Shown: positions 44,783 through 61,183 of the stretch, one piece after another
How the letters are laid out: each line of letters starts with the position of its first letter
How positions within the stretch are numbered: position 1 is the first letter of the stretch
The notes under the pieces: generated by a model
Seen by the model: only the letters and a program-made list of their open reading frames with translations
Database searches by the model: none
Told to the model about the DNA's origin: nothing
Source of the DNA: Daphnia carinata
Lineage: Eukaryota
DNA: 64,000 nucleotides
Assembly: GCF_022539665.2 (NCBI RefSeq)
Contig: NC_081331.1
Span: forward strand, 10,416,001-10,480,000
Direction: 5' to 3'
Made by a program: the position numbers and the translations under genes

Positions 44783-47287
44783 CTGTAAATAATAGATGAG
44801 AAATAAAAATTGGCGCGATTATTTTTCATTTAGCTCGACCAGATATTGACCCAGCTCTTGCCGTGTGTACTAGACGACTTCTCTCATTCTGCTTTTTTGC
44901 CTCCCATTTTGGTCAGCTGTATGTATACAACAGATGATCCCTAAATCTTGGCTGTCATCTTCTCGTATTTGGTGTATAAATGATAAGCTCCAGAACGTCG
45001 GTTCTTACCTATGCCAAGAAGTCTTCATCTGAATAGACGAACTTCTAAAAAAACAGGAGGAAGCTGCCTTTACGTCATGCGTACTAAAGAGCTAAGATAA
45101 GGTTCATTTTTTGTTGATTCTTGGCTGAAAGCCCCGCTTTCATTGATTCAATTTCGTGCTGTTATCGCCAACTGTAACTTTCGGGTAAGTAAATCCCTCG
45201 AGAGAACTGCGTTTGAATGTATCTTGTTACCTCTTTAACTATGATACTTGCCACGCATCGATCTATCTCATTAGCTTTCTTGGTAATCAGCGATGAACTC
45301 CTAATTTGTCTTTTCAGTCAATATTTTTGGGCACCACGATAGAGGTATCTGGTTGCAGAAGAGCAATTTCCTAGAAATGTAGATCGGTTCGCTACGATTG
45401 TTCGATGTCTTCGATAATTGAAAAAGCAAAATCGATAGAATAGGAAAAACGCAAAGCGGTCTCGCCATCTATTGGTGATTTGGAAAACAATAAATAACCA
45501 GGCACTAGGTGGCGAAAGTAATCAGCCACATTGCAACAACGGGCTCATCTTGCAAACCACAAACCATGTGTTGCTTTTTGGTTGTACAGCCAAAGAAAAA
45601 TGACAACACGACTAACGTCAAAGTACCAACCAGGCAACCAGCGTTCACTAGAAATGCAATAACGTCATCCAACCTCCAAGGGTTTCATTACGACCACACT
45701 ACGACAACCTCAATGTCAAATGACATTAAATGGGATGCCAAGAATCTGATAAGGTACTTTTTAACTCAAGGGAATGGCTTAAAAATAAATGGAAAAAAAA
45801 AATACTTCTCTAATGGGGAGGAGGATTGTTTCTCCATTGGCTGCAGGCGTGTAACTAAATTGGGGGTGGAAGAACAGGGTTAAAGTTGGAGTACTCCACC
45901 CCCCCAATGTAAAAAAGAAAGAGGGCGAAATATTAATAATAATAAAAAAAAATCCGAAGGGTCAAAAAGTCCCCCTCCTCCATTTTTGTCCGACAGACAA
46001 GTGGTAAAAGAAGAAGAATTGTCTCTAGGCTGACTCGACAGTGCGTGGTCGTAGCTCAGGCGTTCCTCTCATTAGTAGAAAAAAAAAACAAATAGAAAAG
46101 AAGAGAAAGAAATCTTTCTTTCTAGTGTGTGTGTGTGTGTTTGTTTTGTGCCATAAGAGATTGTGGGACTGATATCTCGAACCAAGCAGTGGGTGTCTAT
46201 CGCGCAGTTTTTTTTCCCGGTCGTCGTGCGTGCGATTTTTTGGTATACGGCAGGGCGCAACTGCGCATTAGTCGGCGGGGGATATCTCGCACACAACACA
46301 TTTTACAAGGGTAGTCGAGTGGTGCGTCTTAGAGTTAAGCAAAATGGGGGTCGCTTGTACTCTCAACAACACTCACATTCTTATGGATAAATATGTCAAT
46401 GGCAGTAAGTTTTGGCTTTTACTTATATGTCTTTTATTCTACCCTTTCGCCAAAACTTTTCTTAGTCTGCCAAGTCTTTTGGTTTGTTTACCTGCCAAGC
46501 TTTGAAGTGTGGTGGTTGCCAGTGAAGTAGTGAATAGCAACTGGGTGAGCAAAACTGTCCAAGAGATGACATGGACTAAAACAAGATTCTCCATTGCTCC
46601 GTACATGCCGTATGTTGTGAAACTTGTGATGTCTTGTTCAATCGGGAGAATTCAATGGTTTTAGTGTACTCGGGCACTGACAACAGTAGCACGACGCGCT
46701 CTAGGCTGTTAGCAATCGACTGAATTTTCTAGGAACTTGTATAGAAAAATTTGCTTCATAAAGAAACTCGATTGGTTTGTTGTTGAGAAAGGTGTCCTGG
46801 ATTTTTGGCATTTTCCCACTCTCCTTCTGTCATTGAAGCTTCTACCACGAAGCTAAAACTATGCGTCGAATCTGCTGAGTAAATTTTAAGTTTTGAAACA
46901 TTTTTAGTTGATTAATTTTGATCAGTTGTCACCTGCAAACAAGTAATTTTAAAGAGATAAAAATTCTTATTCTTTAAAAACGACGTTGCTTTGCTTGTTG
47001 CCGCTTTGTTTTTCTACTGCTGAGGGATTTTTCCCTGCGTCTGGTCGCGCCGCCATCTTGGTTAAAAAAAAGGAAGGAAGGGAAACGGACGGGCCTTTGT
47101 GGGGTTTTGAGCCACAACTTCCGTGCGTCGTTGTGTGCCTCGTTTCTTTGGTGTTTTGCTTCAATAACTTATTATTCTATCCATCTATACAAGAAGTTGT
47201 TGTTCCTTGGTGATTTTCGCTCTTGTCAAACGTTAATTTTTTTTAAACGGCGCCAAACTTGTCGATGTGGAATCGTGTGGACGTATT

Positions 47288-50200
47288 ATGTACCCTGTTG
47301 GCCAGCGTAAGTTGCCCTCGATTCCGAATATGATTTAGACGACCGCCCTACAGGCACAGTGATTAAAATTTTCATACAATTATTATCTGAAGAATCGTTT
47401 GTTGTTGTTCGCTAAGGTTTCATTAAAATGTTTTTTAACCTTGATTTTGCATTCCTTCCGTATACGACAGTGCTGGATGACTAACACAGGGAATGGCAAG
47501 GGCGTGTGAGCGTCGATAATATGCTTCAGTCCACTTCCATACGTTTAGTTTACTTGAGATTAAAAACGTTTACTGGGGGGTTGGAAACGATCGTTGAACG
47601 TAATCTACTAGTAAGTCGGATCATAATCTTGGCAATTGTGACAGAAAGCTTCATATCTCTCAGTTTTTGTGAGTTGCATCATTGAGTGAAATATAACCAT
47701 GGAGTTAGTAGTAGAGGACAATGAGCTTAAAAGTTGATACCGTTTTATGTTATTATATATTTGAGTGTTTGTTGCCATATACATATTCTAAAAATTTCTT
47801 TTCCCTTTGCAGCAGGAGCACTTGGCCCTTCAGGTGTTGGAGCCCAGTCACTTGTATCCAGTGGAGGTATTGGAAGTGGAAGCAACAGCAGTAGCAGCAG
47901 CACCAGCAGTAATTGTGGGACAAGTTTGAGTGGAGTGAGTGGCGGTAGTGGAAGTGGAGGAGGTACTGCTTTAATGACTCCCATGGCCCCTATGGCCCCG
48001 GTCCCACCTATGATGCCTCCAACACAGCAACCACCACCAATGGCTTCGGCCACGCCGCAAGCTGCGGCACCAGAACTTCCTATGTTTGTTTGTCCCCGTC
48101 GTCCCAATCTTGGTCGTGAGGGTAGACCCATCATGCTTCGAGCCAACCATTTTCAAATATCGATGCCAAGAGGCTACATTCACCACTATGATATCAGCAT
48201 TCAACCAGACAAGTGCCCGAGAAAAGTCAATCGGTGAGAATTAGCCAGGGGGTGTTAGTGTTGTTCACTGTAAAGTAACATTGTTAGTAATGAATTCGTG
48301 ATTTACAGGGAGATTATTGAGACTATGGTGCACGCCTACAGCAAAATTTTTGGAGCACTGAAACCCGTCTTTGATGGTCGCAGCAACTTGTATACTCGAG
48401 ATCCTCTGCCAATTGGCAATGAACGAGTCGAGTTGGACGTTACGCTGCCTGGCGAAGGAAAAGATCGTGTGTTCCATGTTGCTATTAAATGGCTGGCCAA
48501 AGTGTCCCTCTATGCCCTCGAGGAAGCCTTGGAAGGCATGTCAACTACGTGCTCGTTCTTTGCGTATGAATAATTACAATGTTATGTGATTTCCCTGTAG
48601 GTCGCATTCGTACGATTCCAATGGATGCCATTTTGGCTCTCGACGTGGTTATGCGCCATTTACCTTCTATGACTTACACTCCGGTTGGCCGGAGTTTCTT
48701 CTCATCACCTGATGGCTACTACCATCCTCTGGGTGGCGGTCGCGAAGTCTGGTTCGGTTTCCACCAGTCTGTCCGCCCTTCACAATGGAAGATGATGCTA
48801 AATATTGACGTTTCGGCTACGGCTTTTTACAAGTCACAACCAGTGATTGAATTTATGTGCGAGGTCTTAGACATTCGCGATGTTAACGAGCAGAGGAAAC
48901 CATTGACGGATTCTCAGCGAGTAAAATTCACCAAAGAGATCAAAGGTGGGTTCGCTGGTGGGTTGTCGCCTAAAACTAGTTTGGTAGGTACCTTTTTATT
49001 AAACCACTGTTTTTAAATCATCACAGGCTTGAAAATCGAAATCACTCATTGTGGAACAATGAGACGAAAATACCGTGTATGCAACGTCACACGTCGTCCG
49101 GCTCAAATGCAGTCCTTCCCACTGCAGTTGGAAAATGGCCAGACTGTCGAATGCACAGTGGCTAAATATTTCTTGGACAAGTACAAAATGAAACTGCGCT
49201 ACCCGCATCTGCCCTGCCTGCAGGTTTGTCTAACTTTTAGTGTAACTTGTTGCGGTTAAATGCATCAGCTCGATTTTCCTGATATTTTTATTAGGTTGGA
49301 CAAGAGCACAAACATACTTACTTGCCATTGGAAGTTTGCAACATTGTTGCTGGGCAGCGGTGCATAAAGAAACTAACGGACATGCAAACATCGACTATGA
49401 TCAAAGCTACTGCCCGATCGGCCCCCGACCGCGAGCGTGAAATCAATAACCTAATACGAAAGGCTGACTTTAATAACGATCCCTACGTCCAAGAATTTGG
49501 CCTGACCATATCCAATAGGTAAATGATTTTTACCATGTTCATTCGTGTCGGGGTTCTCATCGCGTCATTATCTCTTCGTTAGCATGATGGAAGTGCGTGG
49601 TCGCGTGCTTCCCCCACCCAAACTACAATATGGGGGAAGAACCAAGCAACAGGCACTGCCCAATCAAGGTGTCTGGGATATGCGTGGCAAGCAATTCTTC
49701 ACCGGTGTCGAGATTCGTGTCTGGGCCATCGCCTGTTTCGCCCCTCAAAGAACAGTGCGTGAAGACGCGCTGAGAAATTTCACCCAGCAATTGCAAAAGA
49801 TAAGCAATGACGCCGGCATGCCCATTATTGGTAAGAACAACAAAAATGTTTCCTTTGTCTAGTGTCCATTGGTGATCAAATTTGAATTTTTAGGTCAACC
49901 GTGCTTCTGCAAGTATGCCACCGGTCCCGATCAAGTGGAGCCCATGTTCCGCTACCTCAAGTCAACCTTCCAAGGTCTCCAACTGGTGTGTGTTGTTCTA
50001 CCCGGCAAAACTCCCGTCTATGGTACGATCAGTTCCATCAATCTGTTTCAGTTCTTTGGCTTGAAATAATAAAACGCATTCTTTAATTTTCATTGATCAA
50101 CAGCCGAAGTCAAACGTGTGGGAGACACAGTCCTGGGAATGGCCACACAGTGTGTCCAAGCAAAAAATGTCAACAAAACGTCGCCTCAAACTCTGTCCAA

Positions 50201-51598
50201 TTTATGTCTGAAGATCAATGTTAAACTTGGCGGTGTCAACAGTATCCTCGTTCCTACTATTCGTCCGAAGGTAATAAATCACAATACGTGCTTGATGTCG
50301 GATGTTCTTGGTTTCTAATGTGTGATTTTTTCTCCTGTTTATTCATAGGTGTTCAATGAACCAGTTATTTTCCTCGGAGCCGATATAACTCATCCGCCGG
50401 CTGGTGACAACAAGAAACCCTCGATCGCAGCTGTTGTCGGCTCGATGGACGCTCATCCTTCGCGCTACGCCGCAACCGTTCGCGTCCAGCAGCACCGCCA
50501 AGAAGTCATTCAAGAACTCAGTGCTATGGTTCGGTAAGAAAAGCTTTTCCTTCATCATACGTTCCATGAAGTAATGTGAATGGCTAACAAATTTTTGTTT
50601 CTAATTATTGCAGAGAACTTCTGATTCTGTTCTACAAAACAACACGTTTCAAGCCAAACCGAATTATTATGTACCGCGATGGCGCCAGTGAAGGCCAGTT
50701 TAGCACCGTAAGTTGTTCTGCTAATTAGAAGTATTTGACCAGTCGAGTTTGCAAGTCGCAAAATTTAAAAAATTAACAATTTAATTCCCAGGTTTTGCAA
50801 CACGAGTTAACCGCCATCCGCGAGGCATGCATCAAATTGGAACCGGACTACAAACCGGGTATCACCTTTATCGTTGTTCAAAAGCGCCATCACACAAGAC
50901 TTTTCTGCGCCGACAAGAAAGAGCAGTCGGGCAAGTCTGGAAACATTCCCGCCGGTACCACCGTCGATGCGGGCATCACACATCCCACCGAGTTCGACTT
51001 TTACTTGTGCTCGCATCAAGGCATTCAGGTAAATCGAGGATTCCAATCTCATTCACAACTATATTGTTTGATTATAACATAGATCAATGCTTTATTTTAA
51101 TTTCTTATAGGGCACTAGCCGTCCGAGCCACTACCACGTTCTGTGGGACGACAATCACTTCGACGCTGACGAACTGCAGTGTTTGACTTACCAACTGTGC
51201 CACACTTACGTCCGCTGTACTCGTTCCGTCTCCATTCCGGCGCCGGCTTATTACGCCCACCTTGTGGCTTTCCGCGCTAGATACCACTTAGTGGAGAAGG
51301 AACACGACAGGTAATTTTGTCAAGTGTGGTCGGCAAACAGTGAACGTATTAATCTCGATTAACTTTTATTCCCGTTTACAGTGGGGAAGGATCACTACAG
51401 GATTGCATTAAGAGTTACACCAGGTAAATAATTCTTCTAATCGTTGGTTTCCAAAACGTGTTGATTCTAATTCGATTTCCATCCAATAGTGGAGAAGGTT
51501 CGCATCAAAGCGGAAGCAGCGAGGACCGCACGCCTGGCGCCATGGCTCGCGCTATCACTGTTCACGCCGATACCAAGAAAGTCATGTACTTTGCTTAA
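47288..51598 (+). CDS. AGO1: Argonaute-1 (miRNA-class AGO)
   Basis: First coding exon MYPVGQ (47288-47306); very close to insect AGO1 through the N, PAZ, MID and PIWI domains ([85 protein letters not shown]). DEDH tetrad intact. Confidence 0.98.
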
Positions 51599-53708
51599 AA
51601 GCACTATCATCAAATTCACCCTCCTTCCCAGTAAGTTGCCGTTTGGTCATCGCGTGTAAATTGGATCGGATGAGAATGGAGCAGAAATGGTTTGTAATAT
51701 TTCCACGTGACTTGACGCTGTTTTCTCTAGCTATTTTGGAAGGTCAGCTTGTGAGCACAATATCTGACACCTATTTTCATGTCATCGCCACCGCCACCAC
51801 ATCCCTGAATCTTGCGTGCAAGGAGGAGCATTTCACATCCCATTAACAGAGCCATCCCCGTCACAAAACAAAATGTCCACGGCCGTCAAGTCTTTCATGT
51901 ATTTTTCACCCTTATAGCAAAAGTCGAAGCATTTCGGTGGGGTTTTTAATCTAAACTTTGCTCTTCAAAACTATCTATTTGCCGTCTGGATTTTCGGAAC
52001 ACCTAAAATCCTTCAAAGAAAATCCATCGATGCGAGCACATTCGTGTTGATGGTCGCAAAAACGAAGAAAACGAAAAACAAAAAAAAGAAAAGACGTGTG
52101 AGAAAGGATTAGGGCATCAAGCGAAAACGGACTTCGTTTAGTAGCTTTCGAATGGACAATTGCATTTCCCTCCCAGCGTGTGGATGTAGTACGGACCAAG
52201 CAAACATAGAATCGTAATCAATTAGCATTTCCTTAATCCTGACCTATCGTAGCTACTTAAGAGACAAGACAAAATTTAATTGACATTTTCTTCGTTACCG
52301 ATCTGTTTGTTTATCAATCACTTTCTTTTTAAGAACGCTCCAAGCTGTCCTTCCACCTCTTGGTGTTAAAGCATCTGTTTCGTTTCTCGGGAACTGAAAT
52401 GACATCTGTATTTGAACTGGTGCACGTAAATTCAAACCTAATCCTTAAAAAATTATCTTGGATAGAGAACCCTCCGCATACGTTTGTTCTTTGATGCACT
52501 TCTAATCAAATTTGGTGGGAAAAAAATCGCCGATCCCCTCTTCCGCGCTACAAACGTCTTTCATCCTCCATTCAAAATGTAAAAGATAAAGCGAGCAAAA
52601 CGGAAAGTAGGGAGAGAAAGAATAGTACGCGCATTTACAATCTGCAAAGAAAGCCATTTTGCCATGACAAAAATATCGTTATTCCCCAATAATAGTTCTT
52701 CTCACACCGACATCGACTACTTTCCTAAAAAAAAAAAAATAATAATAAAAAAAAAAATGCGTGATTGCAAGTGTGAATGGCGTATGTGTTGTGGAGTGCG
52801 AGCGGTCCCACCACATTAGGGCAGCTCTTAGAACGTGAGTTGACGCAAATTTTTCAAAACAATATTTCGAGGACAAAAAAAAAATATTCACCCACCTATT
52901 CGGCGTTTCGCGTCAGCCCGAAGAAGTTAGTTGGCAGTGTAATACTACTCCTCGACCCCAATCAAAGTTTGACCTTCTCTTCCTTTTTTTTTTTTAAAGA
53001 ATATCTTTTCATAACATGTCTTGGTTTTTGTTTGACTGGATCGTGGAAAAGCGTTTTGTAGCATTTAGTTGTGTGCGTTGTTCTTACATTTTTTTTTTCT
53101 ATTTTGGAGGGTAGGGAGGAATTCCTGCGAGCGTTTAATAGCCATATCGTTTCTCTGCAAACGTGAGAAATATCAATTCTTTCTTTTCTTCCCTTTCTCT
53201 GCGTCTATCTTGTTCCTTCTGTCTCTCACACACACTATAGTTTGGCTTTGGTTTCTCTCCTTTGTCGCCTGCCGCTCTTTGTCACTGAGTTATGTTCCTC
53301 GTGTACCTGTAGCTGCTTTATAAACAAAAGAAAAACGTGCCGAATTGTTCTCTCGGCTACTATTTGCTAATTAGTGAAACCTGAAGGAATTCAATTTTAG
53401 ACGAGTCAGAATACCATTGACATATCTGATCCATTTCTTTCGACGACAATAGTTTTTTTTCTCTAATTATCTCTACCCGTCCTTGTCCCCCTCTCCTAAA
53501 AAAAGAAAATCTTTCCTCCGCTCACGTTCCCGATCCCTCCGACAATTCGGCTTTTGAAAAAAAAAATATGATTTTGGGTTTAATTTTACCTCTACTGCAT
53601 CATATTCCCTCCTCGCCATTTACCTCCAACATGTATGTATGTGCGTGAGTGTATTTTTCATGTTTTTTCTGTTTTATGTTGCGCATGGTGACCCTTTTTC
53701 CTTCTACA

Positions 53709-53751
<43 letters not shown>

Positions 53752-54715
53752 CCATCTCTGTTTTTCTATGTTGTTCCTCCTTATTATCAGTTTCCGGTAG
53801 GTCTTTTGATTTCATTTCAGTACGGGATATTTTTTTTTCCCTTTGTTTAAAAACAAAAAATGTGGGATTCAAAGAGGGGAAAGAAACTAAGTGTTCAAAA
53901 CCCTTAAAACAAAGACAAGCTCTTCTGCCCAAATTTTCTCAACTGAATCCGTTCAAAAGTTTCTAAATAATGTGAGCTATTAATACTGGGTAGAATCCGG
54001 ATTGCTTTCCTGGTGTTTCTGTTTTCGTGCACCGACATTCCAAGTCAGATAGGAATCCAAAAAGAAAAGAAAAAAACAACAAGAAACAAAAACAAAGTTT
54101 AGTGATCCCATTCACGTCCCGTTCTGAAAGTTCCAGTCAGCTTTTACTTCCATCATCTTATCCTTTGCCTCCTCTTAGCTTGCAGTTAAGAAAAAATATA
54201 GAAAAAAATATAGACGTAATAGTTTGATTTCGATGAATAACATTTAACGAACACATCTCTTTTTGGGCATATCTTTTTTTCGGGTAAGGAACGATCGTCT
54301 CTCGTTCTTGTTTTCCCAGCTCTTCGGATCAATCTCAGTTGAAAACACAGAATATTTGTTGCGCCTGGAATTGGATCTAAACAAATAGAAAGATAATGGA
54401 AGACTTCTCCGCTTTTATAGACATAACCACAGAAAATGGAATCATTTGCGCTGTCAATGTTGGGGTCAATCATCAGTGAGAATAATGTTATCATGTAGTC
54501 CTCAGAAAATAGCTCTACTTTTTCTCCCTATCCATCTATCTGTCGTAAAAATCATGCGTCCACGTCCCAACCTTGCATAATTTACCCATTTGTTTCATCG
54601 CAAGGGGGAAAACTGTATCGTCTATAATACACTTGGGCGTATTAGCCTGTTTACTCCCAAACGTAATTGTCAGCTCCTTTCCGTCAAACTAAAGCGTGAA
54701 AAGGGTTTTTAAATA

Positions 54716-54800
54716 GCGCGCCAATAAGTACCAGTTTAGGCACGTCATTTAATGCTGCCACTAGCAGATGGCGTTAGTCCAGTATACTATTTTGGCGGGA
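54716..54800 (+). promoter_or_regulatory. E2F-type sites in the MCM3 promoter
   Basis: GCGCGCCAA (54716-54724, reverse complement TTGGCGCGC) and TTTTGGCGGGA (54790-54800), 150-240 bp upstream of the ATG. MCM genes are classic E2F targets. Confidence 0.6.
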
Positions 54801-54951
54801 TTTGATGTTTCAGTTTCATTGTGTAGCTGTTGTCTGCTTGCTCGCAGTTGCCCACATTGGCGAACATTTTCACGTTCAGATTTTAAGAAATTTTCTTTTG
54901 ATTTAGTTATTTTATCCCTTCTTAAGTGCCTCTTGCTACTAATTTTCTACG

Positions 54952-58769
<3,818 letters not shown>

Positions 58770-61183
58770 TTCGTATTATTTTTTTAAGAACTTTGTATCG
58801 GCGTAATTCTTAACGTCTTCCCGTATGCACTACTTTTCTCTCGGTCCAACTTCAATAATAAAATTGAAAATGCAAAGAAAAGTAGTTTACTAGATCTAGT
58901 ATTAGATGGGTTTTAAACGACAGCACAAATTTAAACGTTGATTTTGGTAAAATGATTTGGGCAACTTTTACAAACTTCAAAGAAATTATTTAAATTCATG
59001 AAAGAGAACACTATTCACTTATTTGATTTGGAACTTGTAAAGATAGCAAGCTTTTTCAGCCAACACGTTTTTAAGCACAGCAATGGTGCACCAATCCAGT
59101 AATTCGATTTTCTAGGAATTTTCATTTCACCATGGTCACTGGAGCTGTCCAAATAATTTGGTCCCTCGTGCTCCGAGCAATGGTAATAGAACCAAAACTA
59201 GGCCGTGGCGTCTCTGGTGGCCTTCTCTATTTCCCTTGTTCTCTGATCTCGCAAAGATCTCCATCAAAACACTGGCTATAAAACGTATGAGCCAATACTA
59301 AATTCCGGATGCTATTCGATTTTACCAGGTTAATACTTTGTTTTCCCCAAGGTAATCCACGTTTACAGTTCAGCAGCTTATTGGCGTGTCCACATATATC
59401 TATGACGCAGACTACACCAGAGTCATCAGCTGCAGGTTGTTACGATATGGCATCAAGCATCAGTGTAATGACGACCAATATAACTTATTGAACTTCATGG
59501 AAAGGTGAAAATATTTTATGATTGTGATAATTCTGAGATAATTCTGAACCGCTGAAATGGAAACATAACTCGAGCTCGATTAACTTAACTATCGGTTAAC
59601 TTAAGTTGTAACTTTTTCTATCTATATCTAATGCATAGTACAAATACTGCCTTTAAATTGATAAATATTTTTTACGTACAGCTTATGATGTTAAAAACAA
59701 AACTAAAAGAAATAAAGAATTGAAACAAAGGAAAAGCATGGAAGAAAACTTGTGTTGTCGTCTGCTTGGTTCCCATTTAACCTGAGCTGACCTGTTGAAG
59801 TGCCGGTGCGACAAGCGAGTCCCCATCAATTTCCACAGTTTAATACGACGTATTGCTCAGTTAGGTCTTAACACAAAACTAGTTATTGTCGAGCTAAAAT
59901 GTAGTGTGCTGTATCGTCAAACGACTGAGAAGCTAACGCACATCACCTGGAAAGCTGTGGCCAGAAAAACTGGTATAAAGGCACTCCAATTTGTTTCACC
60001 TTGGTATTACTTAGGTCGCCATTAGGTTGACGACGTAAATGCTATCCAACTGTGCCTTTAAAGGGCTCTGAAATGTGATTTTAATGGAAATTCGTCTGAT
60101 GGTATGGACAAAAACTGGTGGAAACAAACCAGGGAAGAGAGATGTAGATAGTGATTTCCAACATTGTGACTTGGTTTACGGTGTTTCTGTCAATGTCAAC
60201 GGAGATTAATTTCAAGCTGCACGACGTAAAACAAAAGTGTCGGTGTTAGATGACGAGATAATATGTCAGATAAGGCTCTAGTTTGATGGATTTTTCCTTT
60301 CCAGCTAACGGCCTGAGTGACAGTGACGCAGTAAGGTTGTAGGATTCGACCGACAGTGAAGAAAATGCTTTAACTTAAATGAATTTACGAATAGAAAACT
60401 ATGATGTTCAAGTTTGCTTTGAGGTGATCAGTATTCGGACAGTCACGCTACTATATTAGCAGCCAGAAGTACCACATTTGCTTTCTTGATGCAGTATGCG
60501 AAGGCGGGAAAGATTAGTATCCCAGACATTTCGCCTTAAGATACTCGAAGAGATCCTCCATGTACTCAGGTCAACCGTCTACACCACTTAGCCAAGTCAC
60601 AGCCCAGCTGCTGTTTGTGGCAGCAAACAAATTTGATATCCATTAACTGGAAAAGCAATGGCTCCATTTCCTTGAATTCTTGCAACCGGATGGACAACGT
60701 CGATCACTTGGTTTCTTGGGAACAACAATGGCCAGCCGACGAACTTTTCAAGGCAGCCGTCAAAGGTAATTTTAAAAAGCATTTCCTTAAGATAAAAATA
60801 TTAGCTAGTTGTCGTATTATTATGGAAATTATTCTCGTCGTGTGCAATATGTAAGATAATTTTATTAGAAGGTATTTTGAACTTGTACTTTACTAATTAT
60901 CTACATTTACGTCCTGCAGGTTGTCCCTTCTTTAACTTAAATCTCCAGTTATTTTGGCTCATCAGTAAATTTTACCAGTGAAATAAAGATGGCGATAACT
61001 TTTTTAAAGTTACGAAGGTACACAATTCTTACTTCCCCATAAGTATAGACCAGCAGTCTTTCACTAAAGGTAACCTTCTTGTATGCATTTATAGAAAATA
61101 TCTTTATGGGTTGTCTTACTATTCAAAAGTAAAGTCACGCCCTTGCGTTTTTTTCGGGATTAGGATTTTGCGGCAGCTGTTTC

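Noticed and set aside
51596..51650. AGO1 stop-codon readthrough like mammalian AGO1x
   Set aside because: The stop is TAA-A, a poor readthrough context; no supporting signal.
58900..61100. Possible gene or transposon remnant downstream of MCM3
   Set aside because: Only short unrelated ORFs; no terminal repeats or transposase/RT motifs visible.
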